In this document: positions 42,368 to 52,697 of the stretch, in pieces
Numbering within the stretch: the first letter of the stretch is position 1
Layout of the letters: each line of letters begins with the position of its first letter
Assembly: GCA_963725865.1 (NCBI GenBank)
Contig: CAVSAC010000014.1
Span: forward strand, 32,001-96,000
From: Candidatus Eiseniibacteriota bacterium
Lineage (GTDB): Bacteria; Eisenbacteria; RBG-16-71-46
Length of the DNA stretch: 64,000 nucleotides
Direction of reading: 5' to 3'
Notes under the pieces: generated by a model
The model's input: only the letters and a program-made list of their open reading frames with translations
Database searches by the model: none
What the model was told of the DNA's origin: nothing
Made by a program: the position numbers and the translations under genes

Positions 42368-45300
42368 ATGAACATCTCGGACTCCACTTCCCTGCCCGAC
42401 GCCAAAGTCGCGCCCGCCTCGTCCGGACAGGCGCGCCTCTGGTACCTGGATCAGCTCGAGCCGGGGCGGTCCGACTACAACGTCGCCATCGGATGGCGAC
42501 TGGCCGGCGCGCTGGACGTCGCCGCCCTTCGCGGCGCGTTCCAGCATCTCGTCGACCGCCACGAAATCATGCGCACGACCTTCGTCGCGATCGACGGCCA
42601 GCCGTGGCAGCGCATCGTTCCCCGGCGCGACGTCGACTTCGCGCTGACCGACCTCAGCGGCGTTGCCGCGCCGAGCCGTGAAACCGAACTGAGGCGATGT
42701 CTCGGCGAGGAGATCCGGCACCCGTTCGATCTCGTGGCGGGACCGTTGAGCCGGACGCGCCTCATCCGGCTGGACCCGCACGACCATGCGCTCGTCCTCG
42801 TCAGGCACCACACCATATGCGGCGGCGAGTCGGGCCGGATCACCGCGCGCGAATTGGGTGCGGCTTACGATGCGCTCAAGGCGGGGAGGGCGCCGGACCT
42901 GCCGCCGGTTCCCGGCCAGCACGCCGATTACGCCGAATGGCAGCGCGAAAATCTGACCCGCGAGCGGGTCGATGCCCTCGAAGCGTACTGGCGGCAGCGG
43001 CTCGCGGGCGCGCCGGCCGCGCTGACGCTGCCGACGGATCGGCCGCGACCTGCCGTCCGGCACTCGAACGGCGCGTGCGTGTCGTTTCGAATCGGCCGCG
43101 ATCTGGCGCGCGCCCTCCATGCGCTCGCCGACAGTGCGGCGGTCACGCTGCACATGACGCTGCTGTCGGCCTTCCAGGTACTGCTCGGACGCTATGCCGA
43201 GCAGGACGATGTCCTCGTCGGGACGCCGGTGTCCGCCTTCGGCCACCGAGAATTCCGGGGGGTGATGGGCTTCCTCGTCAACATCGTCGTGCACCGTGGC
43301 GATCTCGGCGGGGACCCGACCTTTCGCACGTTGCTGCAACGGACGCGCGTCAGCGCGCAGGAGGCCTACGCGCACCGGGATCTGCCGATCGAGCGCGTGG
43401 TCGCGGCGGCCGCTCCGGAGCGCCCTCCCGGCCGCGATCCGCTGTTCCAGGCGATGTTTACGCTGCAGGATCCCGAGACTCCTCCGGTCGCCCTCGCCGG
43501 GCTCACCTGCGTGCCGATCCGCGTCCGGAACACGACCGCCAAGTCGGATATCAGCCTGCTGATGTACGTCGAAGATGAGGGCCTTTCCGGCGAACTCGAA
43601 TACAACACCGATCTCTTCGAAGCATCGACGGTCGAGCGCATGGGGGCGCATTTCGTCAACTTGCTCGAAGAGGCCGTCCGCGATCCCGACCGGCCGATAT
43701 CGCGGCTGCCGTTCGTCACCGAGGCGGAGCGCCGGCGAATCGTCGTCGACTGGAACCGGACGGGCACGGATTTCCCGCGCGATTCGTCGATCACGGCGCT
43801 GTTCGCGGCGCAGGCGGAGCGCACACCGGACGCCATGGCCGTCATCGACGGCGCGCGCACGTTGACCTATGCGGGACTCGATCGACGCGCGAGGCGTCTC
43901 GCACGGAGGCTCATCGACCTCGGTATCGCGCCGGGCGCGAGGGTGGGCGTCTGCATCGATCGCTCGCAGGAGGAGATCGTCGCGTTCCTCGGCGTGCTCT
44001 ATTCGGGATGCGCGTATGTGCCCCTCGATTCCACGCACCCGCCGGAGCGCCTGGCGGCGATGCTGAAGGATGCGGAGGCTGCCGGCATCGTGACCACACC
44101 CGACGCTGCACACGGCCTCGCGCTGGCGATGGCCGGCTCCGCGCGGCCCGTGGTCAAGCTCTCCCCCGACGAGCCGGACGGAGACGACGCGCGCACGTTG
44201 CCGTCGCCCGGCGCCGCAGCCGACGACGTCGCCTACGTCATGTACACGTCCGGATCCACCGGCGTCCCGAAAGGTGTCGCGATTCCGCATCGCGCCGTCG
44301 TTCGGCTCACCTGCGATACCGACTACGTGCGCCTCGGCGCTGCCGACACCGTGGCCCATCTGTCGAATCCCGCGTTCGACGCGGCGACGTTCGAAATCTG
44401 GGGGGCGCTGCTCAACGGATCGCGAATCGCCGTCGTCCGGCGCGACGCCGTTCTCTCGATGAGCGCCTTCGCGGAAGCGCTCGATCGCCATGGCGTCACC
44501 GTGATGTTCCTCACCACGGCGCTCTTCAACCAGATTGCGCAGGACCTGCCCGCGGCGCTGCGCGGCCGCCAGGTCCTGTTCGGCGGCGAAGCCGTGGAGC
44601 CGCGCTGGGTAGATGCGGCGCTGCGGGACGGCCGTCCAGCGCGCCTGCTCCATGTCTACGGGCCCACCGAAACCACGACATTCGCGACCTGGCACGAAGT
44701 GCGGGCCGTCGACCGCAATGCAGCGACCGTGCCGATCGGTCGGCCGATTGCCAACACCGAAGTGTATCTGCTCGACGCCAATCGCGAGCCGGTGCCCCCG
44801 GGCGTGCCGGGCGAGATCCACATCGGCGGCCCGGGCCTTGCGAAGGGTTATCTCGGCCTGCCGGACCTCACCGCGGAGCGCTTCGTTCCCCATCCGTTCG
44901 ACCCGACGCCCGGCGCAAGGCTCTACCGCACGGGCGACCGCGCCCGCTATCGCGGCGACGGCACCATCGAATTCATCGGTCGCGTCGACCGGCAGGTGAA
45001 GATCCGCGGGCACCGGATCGAACCGGGAGAGGTGGAGGCGGCGCTCGCGCGGCTACCGAGCGTGCGCGATGCCGTGGTCGTGCTGCACGGCGCCACGTCC
45101 GAAACGCGCCGGCTGACCGCGTACGTCGTGCCTGCGAGGGGCACGCAACCGGTCCCCGCCGACATTTGGCGCGACCTCCGCCGCTCGCTGCCGGAATTCA
45201 TGATTCCGGCCGGCATCGTGATGCTCCCCGCGCTCCCTCTCACGCCGAACGGCAAGATCGACCGCCGCGCGCTGCCCGACCCCGTCGACCTGGTCGAGCA

Positions 45301-46291
45301 GCGCAAGGGATTTCACGTGCAGCCCAGTGACCCGCTCCAATTCGCGATCGCTTCGATCTGGAGGGACCTGCTGGGCGTCGCCAGCGTCGGAGTCCGCGAC
45401 AACTTCTTCGACATCGGCGGCCATTCGCTGCTCGCCGTCCGGATGATGTCCGCGGTCGAGCGTGCGACGGGCTACAGCGTTCCGCTCGCGTCGCTGTTCA
45501 CCGACCCGACGATCGAGCATCTCGCCGAGGCGCTGCGGGACGTGGCGCGCCCGTCCGGATCGATGGCCGTGCCGGTGACGACGACCGGCACGCGCCCCCC
45601 GCTCTTCTTCCTTCACGGCGATTTCAGCGGCGGGGGCTTCTACAGCCATGGGCTCGCGCGGGCGCTGGGCCCGGACCAGCCGTTCTATGCCGTGCACCCG
45701 CACGGGCTCGACAGTTCGAACATTCCCGACACGATCGAGGAGATGGCCCGGGATCGCCTGGCAGCATTGCGCGAAGCTCGCCCGCACGGACCCTATTTCC
45801 TCGCCGGGCACTGCAACGGCGCGCTCGTCGCGCTGGAAATGGCGCGGCAGCTTCTCGCGGAGAGCGAAGAGGTTCCCCTGGTCGTGCTGATGGATGCCGC
45901 GGTGCCCTGGCGCGCGCAGCCGGTCGGCATCAGCCTGACGATGGGCAATGCGCCGCCTCCGCGAAAGCGCGCAGCTGCCGCCCCGTTGGCTGGAGCGCCG
46001 GCGGCCGACGACACGCTCTTCAACCGCTATCGGCGCGTGATCGCCGCCTACGATCCGGCGCCGTATCCCGGCCGGCTCGCGGTGCTGCGATCGGAAACGA
46101 TGAAGGACGTCCGGCCCGAGATGGGATGGTCGGCGATCGGCCGGCAGGTCGAGCTGCACGCGATACCCGGCGACCATTTCACGTCGATCACGCGCGACAT
46201 CGCGACGACCGCGGCGCAGTTGCGTGCCTGCCTCGACAGCGCGCTGCGTTCCGCGTCGGGCGACGCGGGCGGGATTCGCACGCAGGCTTAG
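42368..46291 (+). CDS. Monomodular non-ribosomal peptide synthetase C-A-T-TE
   Basis: RHEIMRT and HHTICGG (C domain); YTSGSTGVPKG, YGPTE, YRTGD, KIRGHRIE, NGKIDR (A domain); FFDIGGHSLL (T domain); GHCNG...GDH (TE). Confidence 0.92.
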   Translation: MNISDSTSLPDAKVAPASSGQARLWYLDQLEPGRSDYNVAIGWRLAGALDVAALRGAFQHLVDRHEIMRTTFVAIDGQPWQRIVPRRDVDFALTDLSGVAAPSRETELRRCLGEEIRHPFDLVAGPLSRTRLIRLDPHDHALVLVRHHTICGGESGRITARELGAAYDALKAGRAPDLPPVPGQHADYAEWQRENLTRERVDALEAYWRQRLAGAPAALTLPTDRPRPAVRHSNGACVSFRIGRDLARALHALADSAAVTLHMTLLSAFQVLLGRYAEQDDVLVGTPVSAFGHREFRGVMGFLVNIVVHRGDLGGDPTFRTLLQRTRVSAQEAYAHRDLPIERVVAAAAPERPPGRDPLFQAMFTLQDPETPPVALAGLTCVPIRVRNTTAKSDISLLMYVEDEGLSGELEYNTDLFEASTVERMGAHFVNLLEEAVRDPDRPISRLPFVTEAERRRIVVDWNRTGTDFPRDSSITALFAAQAERTPDAMAVIDGARTLTYAGLDRRARRLARRLIDLGIAPGARVGVCIDRSQEEIVAFLGVLYSGCAYVPLDSTHPPERLAAMLKDAEAAGIVTTPDAAHGLALAMAGSARPVVKLSPDEPDGDDARTLPSPGAAADDVAYVMYTSGSTGVPKGVAIPHRAVVRLTCDTDYVRLGAADTVAHLSNPAFDAATFEIWGALLNGSRIAVVRRDAVLSMSAFAEALDRHGVTVMFLTTALFNQIAQDLPAALRGRQVLFGGEAVEPRWVDAALRDGRPARLLHVYGPTETTTFATWHEVRAVDRNAATVPIGRPIANTEVYLLDANREPVPPGVPGEIHIGGPGLAKGYLGLPDLTAERFVPHPFDPTPGARLYRTGDRARYRGDGTIEFIGRVDRQVKIRGHRIEPGEVEAALARLPSVRDAVVVLHGATSETRRLTAYVVPARGTQPVPADIWRDLRRSLPEFMIPAGIVMLPALPLTPNGKIDRRALPDPVDLVEQRKGFHVQPSDPLQFAIASIWRDLLGVASVGVRDNFFDIGGHSLLAVRMMSAVERATGYSVPLASLFTDPTIEHLAEALRDVARPSGSMAVPVTTTGTRPPLFFLHGDFSGGGFYSHGLARALGPDQPFYAVHPHGLDSSNIPDTIEEMARDRLAALREARPHGPYFLAGHCNGALVALEMARQLLAESEEVPLVVLMDAAVPWRAQPVGISLTMGNAPPPRKRAAAAPLAGAPAADDTLFNRYRRVIAAYDPAPYPGRLAVLRSETMKDVRPEMGWSAIGRQVELHAIPGDHFTSITRDIATTAAQLRACLDSALRSASGDAGGIRTQA

Positions 46292-46412
46292 GGCGACTCG
46301 CTCGCAGGCGGGGCGGTTCGCACGCAGGCTTAGGGCGACTCGCCCGCAGGCGGGGAGGTTCGCGAGCGGGCTTATTATGGTGATTCGTGCGCCCGCTCGC
46401 GAACCTCCCCGC
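46275..46412. repeat. 42-bp tandem repeat (about 2.3 copies) merging into a 22-bp inverted repeat; REP/BIME-like
   Basis: TTCGCACGCAGGCTTAGGGCGACTCGCYCGCAGGCGGGGMGG at 46275 and 46317, partial copy at 46359; inverted arms at 46350-46371 and 46391-46412. Confidence 0.75.
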
Positions 46413-46454
46413 GCGCCCACCGATCCGTGGCGAAAAGCACCTTTCGCGAAGGGC

Positions 46455-46485
46455 AAAGAAAAAGCCGGGCATTGCGCCCGGCTTT
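46455..46485 (-). terminator. Terminator of cspA (probably bidirectional)
   Basis: AAAGCCGGGC-attgc-GCCCGGCTTT flanked by A and T runs. Confidence 0.8.
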
Positions 46486-46515
46486 CTTCCGCTGCTGCCT
46501 CCCGAGAACGGGAGG

Positions 46516-46719
46516 TCAGGCGGCCTGAATGTTGCTTGCCTGCTTGCCCTTCGGGCCCGTCGTCACTTCGAACGAGACCTTCTGGCCTTCCTTGAGCGTC
46601 TTGAATCCCGGCATGTTGATTGCCGAGAAGTGCGCGAACAGGTCTTCGCCGCCGCCATCCGGCGTAATGAATCCAAAGCCCTTGGCGTCGTTAAACCACT
46701 TCACTGTTCCAGTTGCCAT
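46516..46719 (-). CDS. cspA: Cold-shock protein
   Basis: [32 protein letters not shown]. Confidence 0.95.
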   Translation of the reverse strand: MATGTVKWFNDAKGFGFITPDGGGEDLFAHFSAINMPGFKTLKEGQKVSFEVTTGPKGKQASNIQAA

Positions 46720-46870
46720 TTCAGTATTTCCTCACGAACAAACTAAAAATCGGGACGAATCCCGGCCAATGTTTCGATCTCAAGGAAAGAACGACGGTGG
46801 AACGACTGCAAAGCGGTCGTACAGGGCGTACTTACTGCCTTGAAACTAAAACACGTGGGGCAGGATACAC
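46720..46870 (-). promoter_or_regulatory. Long AT-rich csp leader (putative cold-responsive 5' UTR)
   Basis: Non-coding, markedly lower-GC stretch ending in a GAGGAA RBS; csp genes are known to have long regulatory leaders; structure not verified. Confidence 0.4.
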
Positions 46871-46973
46871 AACTACCCCCGTGCGCGCTAGTGGTATTTT
46901 TTGGGGGGCGGGTGTTTTTCGACTCCGGGACCGGCCGGGCGGGGGGCGATTGGGGGGAACCGGTCAGCCCCCG

Positions 46974-48002
46974 CTACCTACCCAGCTCCGCCCGGACGAG
47001 CGCGGCGCCTGCACCCAGCGCGCGGAGCTTGCCGCGGGCGACGTCGCGCGCGAGCGGGACCATCCCGCAATTGGTGCAGGGGTACAGACGCCCGGCCGGG
47101 ACGAAGCCGAGTGCCGCCCGGATCGTCGCGGCGACGTCTTCCGGCGTTTCGATGCGGTCGGTGGCGACGTCGATCGCCCCGACCAGCACGTCCTTCCCGT
47201 CGAGCAGCCCGATGAGCTCGATCGGAACGTGGGAGTTCGCGCATTCGAGCGAGACCTGCCCGATCGCGGAGCGCGCGAGCAGCGGAAACGTCTGCTCGTA
47301 CTGCCGCCATTCGGAGCCCAGCGTCTTCTTCCACTCGATGTTGGCCTTGATCCCGTAGCCGTAGCAGATGTGGACGGCGGTCGTGCAACGCAGGCCCTGC
47401 GCGGCGCGCTCCAGCGTCTTGACTCCCCAATCGCGGACCTCGTCGAAGTAGACATTGAACGCGGGTTCGTCGAACTGGATGACATCGGCGCCGACCGCCT
47501 CGATCGCGAGCGCCTCCTCGTTCAGGATCTCGGCGAACGCCCACGCCAGCTTTTCGCGGCTCCTGTAATGGGCGTCGTACAGCGTGTCGACCATCGTCAT
47601 CGGTCCGGGCAGCGTGTACTTGACCCTGCGGTCGGTGGCGCTCTTCAGGAATCGCGCGGCGTCGACGAACACGGGATGCCGCCGCGCGACCGGGCCGACG
47701 ACGACCGGAACGTCGGCGTCGTAGCGATTGCGGATGCGAACGGACCTCTTGTGCTGGAAGTCGACGCCGTCCAGAGCCTCAAGGAACGTCGTGACGAAGT
47801 GCCGGCGCGTCTGCTCGCCGTCGCTGACGATGTCGATGTCCGCCTGCTCCTGGTCACGCAGGACGAGGCGGACCGCGTCGCGCATGCCCTCGGCGAGCAC
47901 CTCGGATTCGAGTCGCCAGGGTGCCCAGAGCTCGTTGGGTGCCGCCAGCCAAGACGGCTTGGGCAGACTGCCGGCGATCGTCGTCTGGAGGAGTTTGGTC
48001 AT
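46974..48002 (-). CDS. Core (short) cobalamin-independent methionine synthase, MesD-type
   Basis: AGSLPKPSWLA, SDGEQTR.HFVTTF, PGPMTMVDTLYD, zinc ligands HICYGYG and TNCGM; 342 aa with no N-terminal MetE half. Confidence 0.85.
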   Translation of the reverse strand: MTKLLQTTIAGSLPKPSWLAAPNELWAPWRLESEVLAEGMRDAVRLVLRDQEQADIDIVSDGEQTRRHFVTTFLEALDGVDFQHKRSVRIRNRYDADVPVVVGPVARRHPVFVDAARFLKSATDRRVKYTLPGPMTMVDTLYDAHYRSREKLAWAFAEILNEEALAIEAVGADVIQFDEPAFNVYFDEVRDWGVKTLERAAQGLRCTTAVHICYGYGIKANIEWKKTLGSEWRQYEQTFPLLARSAIGQVSLECANSHVPIELIGLLDGKDVLVGAIDVATDRIETPEDVAATIRAALGFVPAGRLYPCTNCGMVPLARDVARGKLRALGAGAALVRAELGR

Positions 48003-48189
48003 CGAGGATTCCCCATTTGCGGATCGGGAGGCCGCGCCGATGCCGGAGCTGGCGGATTATAGGTGCCCCGACCCTCGCCCGTGGCGAGAATCGGTCAGGC
48101 CACTTGACCAATGCCCCGCGCGCCACGTACCGTGGCGCGTTCCCGAGCGTGCGCGCCGTTCCATCCGCCCCGATTGTCCAGGAATCTGC

Positions 48190-49155
48190 ATGCCCAAGAT
48201 ACTCTTCGCCGACAACAATTATCCCGACGTCGAGATCGAGCGGAAGTTGTTCGAGGCGGCCGGCGTCGAATTGGCAACCGCACAGTGCACGACCGAGGAC
48301 GACGTGATCGCCGCCGCCCGCGATTGCGCGGGGATCCTGCTGCAGTACGCTCCGATCACCGAGCGCGTGGTCGCGGCGCTGCCGGAACTCGGCATCGTGA
48401 GCCGGATCGGCGCGGGATTCGACACGGTCGACACCGAGGCCTGTGCGAAGCACGGGGTGTGGGTCGCGAATTCTCCGGACTACGGGGTCGGCGAGGTCGC
48501 CACGCACGCGCTCGCGCTGGCATTGGCACTCGTGCGCAACGTCGTCGCCTACCACCGCGACATCCACGCCGGGAAATGGCACTTCCTGTCGTCGGGCACG
48601 CTGCGCCGTGCCGGCGACATGACGCTCGGCATCGTCGGGCTGGGACGGATCGGCAAGCGGATGGCGCACGTCGGCCGCAACGTGTTCAGGCGCGTGGTCG
48701 CCTGCGACCCGTACATCATCGACGGCGACTTTCCCGCGTTCGTCGAGCGCCGCGATCTCGTTGCGCTGTTCGCGGAGAGCGACGTGGTGTCGTTGCACGT
48801 GCCGCTCAACGCGACCACGCGGGGAATGATCGACAATACGGTGCTGGGCGCGGCAAAGCCCGGCGCCTTTCTGGTCAATACGGCGCGTGGCGCCGTCGTC
48901 GACGTCGACGCCGCGCTGGTGGCACTCGACGGCGGCCGGCTCGCGGGCATGGGACTCGACGTGCTGCCGGTGGAGCCGGTCCCCGCCGATTCGAGGCTCC
49001 TCGGCCATCCGCGCGTGATCCTGACCCCGCATGCGGCGTTCTACTCGATCGAGTCGGAGCGGGACCTGCGGCGCAAAGCGGCGCAGAATCTCATCAGCTG
49101 GCTCGCGACGGGCCGGCCGGAATACGTCGTATCGGCCGGAACGCGCAGGCCCTGA
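48190..49155 (+). CDS. D-isomer-specific 2-hydroxyacid dehydrogenase (CtBP-like)
   Basis: [41 protein letters not shown]. Confidence 0.9.
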   Translation: MPKILFADNNYPDVEIERKLFEAAGVELATAQCTTEDDVIAAARDCAGILLQYAPITERVVAALPELGIVSRIGAGFDTVDTEACAKHGVWVANSPDYGVGEVATHALALALALVRNVVAYHRDIHAGKWHFLSSGTLRRAGDMTLGIVGLGRIGKRMAHVGRNVFRRVVACDPYIIDGDFPAFVERRDLVALFAESDVVSLHVPLNATTRGMIDNTVLGAAKPGAFLVNTARGAVVDVDAALVALDGGRLAGMGLDVLPVEPVPADSRLLGHPRVILTPHAAFYSIESERDLRRKAAQNLISWLATGRPEYVVSAGTRRP

Positions 49156-49184
49156 CGGGTCCGCCCTTTTTCGACAGGACAAGC

Positions 49185-50255
49185 ATGGCAGGCGTCGACA
49201 TCCGGGCAGTCCACAAGCAATTCGGGTCGACACATGTGATCCGTGGTGTCGACATCAAGATCGCCGATGGCGAGTTCTGTGTGCTGGTCGGGCCGTCGGG
49301 CTGCGGCAAGTCGACGCTCTTGCGGATGATCGCCGGACTGGAGGAGATCGGCGCCGGCGAAATCGCAATCGGCGGCACCGTCGTAAACCGCGTTCCGCCG
49401 AAGGAGCGCGACATCGCGATGGTGTTCCAGAACTACGCGCTCTACCCGCACATGACCGTGCGCGACAACATGTCGTTCGCGCTGATACTGGCCAAGCGGT
49501 CGAAGGCCGACGTCGAGCAGCGCGTCCAGAAGGCTGCCGATATCCTCGGTCTCGCACCCTATCTCGACCGTTACCCGCGGCAGCTGTCGGGCGGGCAGCG
49601 GCAGCGCGTGGCGATGGGTCGCGCGATCGTCCGCGACCCGCAGGTCTTCCTCTTCGACGAGCCGCTGTCGAACCTCGACGCCAAGCTGCGCGTCCAGATG
49701 CGCACCGAGATCAAGGAGCTCCATCAGAGGCTCAAGACCACGTCGATCTACGTGACGCACGACCAGATCGAGGCGATGACGATGGCCGACAAGATAGTCG
49801 TGATGCGCGACGGCGTCGTCGAGCAGATCGGCGGGCCGCTCGAACTCTACGACCATCCGTTGAACACGTTCGTCGCCGGGTTCATCGGGTCGCCGGCGAT
49901 GAACATGATTCCGGGCACCGCGCGCACGGCGGGCGGTGGTCTTACCGTCGAATTCTCCGGCGGCGTCGTACTGCGGGCGCCCGTGGGTGCCCGCGCCGAC
50001 AACGGCCAACCCGTGCTGTACGGCTTGCGCCCCGAGCACTGCGCGCTTGGCGCGGGAGGCCTGCCGGTGGACGTCGTCGTCGTCGAGCCGACCGGCGCCG
50101 ACACGCAGCTCTACTGCCGATTCAACGGCCAGGAGGTGACGGCGACGATCGGCGATCGCACCGACTGTCGCGCGGGAGACCGAATCAACCTTGCGCCCGA
50201 CCTCGGGCGCGCGCACCTGTTCGATGTGGCGAGCGGCCAGCGCCTGGTCGTGTGA
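49185..50255 (+). CDS. Carbohydrate ABC transporter ATP-binding protein (MalK/UgpC-type)
   Basis: [39 protein letters not shown]. Confidence 0.93.
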   Translation: MAGVDIRAVHKQFGSTHVIRGVDIKIADGEFCVLVGPSGCGKSTLLRMIAGLEEIGAGEIAIGGTVVNRVPPKERDIAMVFQNYALYPHMTVRDNMSFALILAKRSKADVEQRVQKAADILGLAPYLDRYPRQLSGGQRQRVAMGRAIVRDPQVFLFDEPLSNLDAKLRVQMRTEIKELHQRLKTTSIYVTHDQIEAMTMADKIVVMRDGVVEQIGGPLELYDHPLNTFVAGFIGSPAMNMIPGTARTAGGGLTVEFSGGVVLRAPVGARADNGQPVLYGLRPEHCALGAGGLPVDVVVVEPTGADTQLYCRFNGQEVTATIGDRTDCRAGDRINLAPDLGRAHLFDVASGQRLVV

Positions 50256-50303
50256 ATTACAATCCGGGCTCCACGCACGAGCCCCTAACCGCAGGAGGAG
50301 TCG

Positions 50304-51626
50304 ATGAGTGAGTTCAAGCGTCGCAAGTTCCTGAAGTCCACGGCCGCCGTGGCGGCGAGCGCCGCGGTCGGTCCGTTCATCTGGGTCAAGGATGCGAGCG
50401 CCCAGTGGAGCAGTGTCCCGGAGAAGGGGGCGAAGCTCCGCGTGTTGCGGTGGAGCCGCTTCGTCCAAGGGGACATCGACCAGTACATGGTCAACGTGAA
50501 GAAGTTCAGCGACAAATACGGCATCGAGGTGCGCGTCGACAGTGAGGGATGGGAAGACGTCCGACCGAAGGCCGCCGTCGCAGCGAACACCGGCGCGGGA
50601 CCCGACATCATTCTCTCGACCAACGACGACGCCAATCTCTATCCGGAGAAGCTCCTCGACGTCACGGACGTCGCCACGTATCTCGGGAAGAAGTACGGGG
50701 GGTGGTACCCGGTATGCGACCCGTACCTCAAGCCGGACGGCAAGAAGTGGATCGGCGTGCCGCTCGGAGTCGCCGGCGTCTGCCTCGTCTACCGCGAGAG
50801 CCACGTCAAGGCGGCCGGGTTCAGTGAGTTCCCGCGCGACACCGACGGATTCCTCAAGGTATGCAAGGCGCTCAAGGAGAAGGGCACGCCATCCGGTTTC
50901 GCGCTCGGCAACGCGACCGGTGACGGCAACACTTGGTGCAACTGGCTCGTGTGGGCATTCGGCGGCAAGCTGGTCGACAAGGACAACAAGGTCGTGATCG
51001 ACAGTCCCGAGACGATCAAGGCGCTCGAGTACGCGAAGGAAATGTACGGGACGTTCGTGCCGGGCACGTTGTCGTGGCTCGACCCCAACAACAACAAGGC
51101 TTTCCTCGATGGGCAGATCTCGCTCACCAACAACGGCATCTCGATCTACTATGCCGCGAAGAATTCGACGGATCCGAAGGTCAAGGAAATGGCGGCGGAC
51201 ATCAACCACGCCAACATGCCGATCGGACCCGTCGGCCACCCGACGGAGTTCCAGCTTTTCTTCAACCAGCTGATCTTCAAGTACACGAAGTACCCGAAGG
51301 CGGCGAAGGAGTTTCTGCGCTTCATGATGGAGGACGAGCAGATCAACCCCTGGGTGCAGGCATCGATCGGCTACGTGACGCCCGCGCTGCAGGCCTACGA
51401 GAAGCATCCGATCTGGACTTCCGATCCGAAGCACACGCCCTACCGCAATTCGATGAAGGCCATGCTGCCGAGCGGCTATGCCGGAAAGATGGGTTACGCG
51501 TCCGCGGGCGCCCTCGCCGACTTCATCGTGGTCAACATGGTGGCGGAGGCGGCATCGGGATCGAAGACCCCAAAGGAAGCGGCCGAGCGGGCGCAGAAGC
51601 GGGCCGAGCGCTATTACAAGGTCTGA
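50304..51626 (+). CDS. Carbohydrate ABC transporter substrate-binding protein (Tat signal)
   Basis: AGGAGG RBS, KRRKFLK twin-arginine motif, GPDII, SBP_bac_1-like character, operon context. Confidence 0.9.
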   Translation: MSEFKRRKFLKSTAAVAASAAVGPFIWVKDASAQWSSVPEKGAKLRVLRWSRFVQGDIDQYMVNVKKFSDKYGIEVRVDSEGWEDVRPKAAVAANTGAGPDIILSTNDDANLYPEKLLDVTDVATYLGKKYGGWYPVCDPYLKPDGKKWIGVPLGVAGVCLVYRESHVKAAGFSEFPRDTDGFLKVCKALKEKGTPSGFALGNATGDGNTWCNWLVWAFGGKLVDKDNKVVIDSPETIKALEYAKEMYGTFVPGTLSWLDPNNNKAFLDGQISLTNNGISIYYAAKNSTDPKVKEMAADINHANMPIGPVGHPTEFQLFFNQLIFKYTKYPKAAKEFLRFMMEDEQINPWVQASIGYVTPALQAYEKHPIWTSDPKHTPYRNSMKAMLPSGYAGKMGYASAGALADFIVVNMVAEAASGSKTPKEAAERAQKRAERYYKV

Positions 51627-51764
51627 CGTTCCATTGCTCGCGGGAGGCCGGCGGCCCTGCCACCGGCCTTGCGCAGCGCGGCGCGCCGGCGCTGTGGCGT
51701 CGAACGACGCCGGTCGGTGCGCCGCACTCCGTGCGCCTGCCCTCGCGTTTCCCTGAGTCGACCC

Positions 51765-52697
51765 ATGCCGTCCGGTATGCCCGCCCACCCTTCAGCGCTC
51801 CGTCGCGCGCTCGAAAGCCGCAACGTCCTCGGGCTCCTGTTCCTGTTGCCCGCGGCGTTCCTGCTCCTGCTGTTCCTTACCTATCCGCTCGGTCTCGGGA
51901 CCTATCTCGGCTTCACTGACACCAAGATCGGCCGCGGCGGCGCGTGGATCGGCATCGAGAATTTCGAGTTCCTTTGGGGCGACGAAGTCACCCGGCTCGC
52001 GCTGTTCAACACGCTCTTCTACACGGGTGTCGCGAGCGTCATCAAGTTCGCGCTCGGGCTCTGGCTCGCGCTGCTGCTCAACAAGCATCTTCCGTTCAAG
52101 GCGTTCTTTCGCGCGGTCGTTCTGCTCCCGTTCATCGTCCCAACTGCCCTGTCGGCGATCGCGTTCTGGTGGATCTACGACTCGCAGTTCTCAATCATCA
52201 GCTGGGCGCTCCTGAAGATGGGCGTCATCCACCGTTACGTCGACTTCCTCGGCGAGCCGTGGCACGCGCGGTTTTCGACGATCGCGGCCAACGTCTGGCG
52301 GGGTGTCCCGTTCGTTGCGATCACGCTGCTTGCCGGGCTGCAGACCATCTCGCCCTCGTTCTACGAGGCGGCGAGCCTCGACGGCGCATCGCCGTGGCAG
52401 CAGTTCCGCTACGTCACGCTGCCGCTGCTGACGCCGATCATCGCCGTGGTGATGACGTTCTCGGTCCTGTTCACGTTCACCGACTTCCAGCTGATCTACG
52501 TGCTCACGAGGGGCGGTCCGCTGAACGCGACGCACCTTATGGCGACGCTTTCGTTCCAGAGGGCCATTCCCGGGGGCAGCCTCGGCGAAGGCGCCGCGAT
52601 CGCGACGGCGATGGTGCCGTTCCTGATCGCCGCGATCCTCGCTTCCTACTTCGGGCTGCAGCGCCGGGCCTGGCAGCAGGGAGGGACGGACACATGA
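51765..52697 (+). CDS. Carbohydrate ABC transporter permease 1
   Basis: IGIENF, YEAASLDGASPWQQFRYVTLP (EAA loop), LTRGGP. Confidence 0.9.
   Translation: MPSGMPAHPSALRRALESRNVLGLLFLLPAAFLLLLFLTYPLGLGTYLGFTDTKIGRGGAWIGIENFEFLWGDEVTRLALFNTLFYTGVASVIKFALGLWLALLLNKHLPFKAFFRAVVLLPFIVPTALSAIAFWWIYDSQFSIISWALLKMGVIHRYVDFLGEPWHARFSTIAANVWRGVPFVAITLLAGLQTISPSFYEAASLDGASPWQQFRYVTLPLLTPIIAVVMTFSVLFTFTDFQLIYVLTRGGPLNATHLMATLSFQRAIPGGSLGEGAAIATAMVPFLIAAILASYFGLQRRAWQQGGTDT

Noticed and set aside
41285..45013. 1242-aa minus-strand ORF and other long antisense ORFs (6479..9115, 14106..16334, 49041..51788, 57841..60756)
   Set aside because: Shadow ORFs opposite well-supported genes, expected from high-GC codon bias; no recognisable motifs
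46275..46372. Possible CRISPR array
   Set aside because: Repeats are directly adjacent with no unique spacers, only about 2.3 copies, and no cas genes are present
48003..48189. SAM or SAH riboswitch upstream of the methionine synthase
   Set aside because: The leader is short and I could not recognise conserved riboswitch motifs; an Infernal/Rfam scan would settle it
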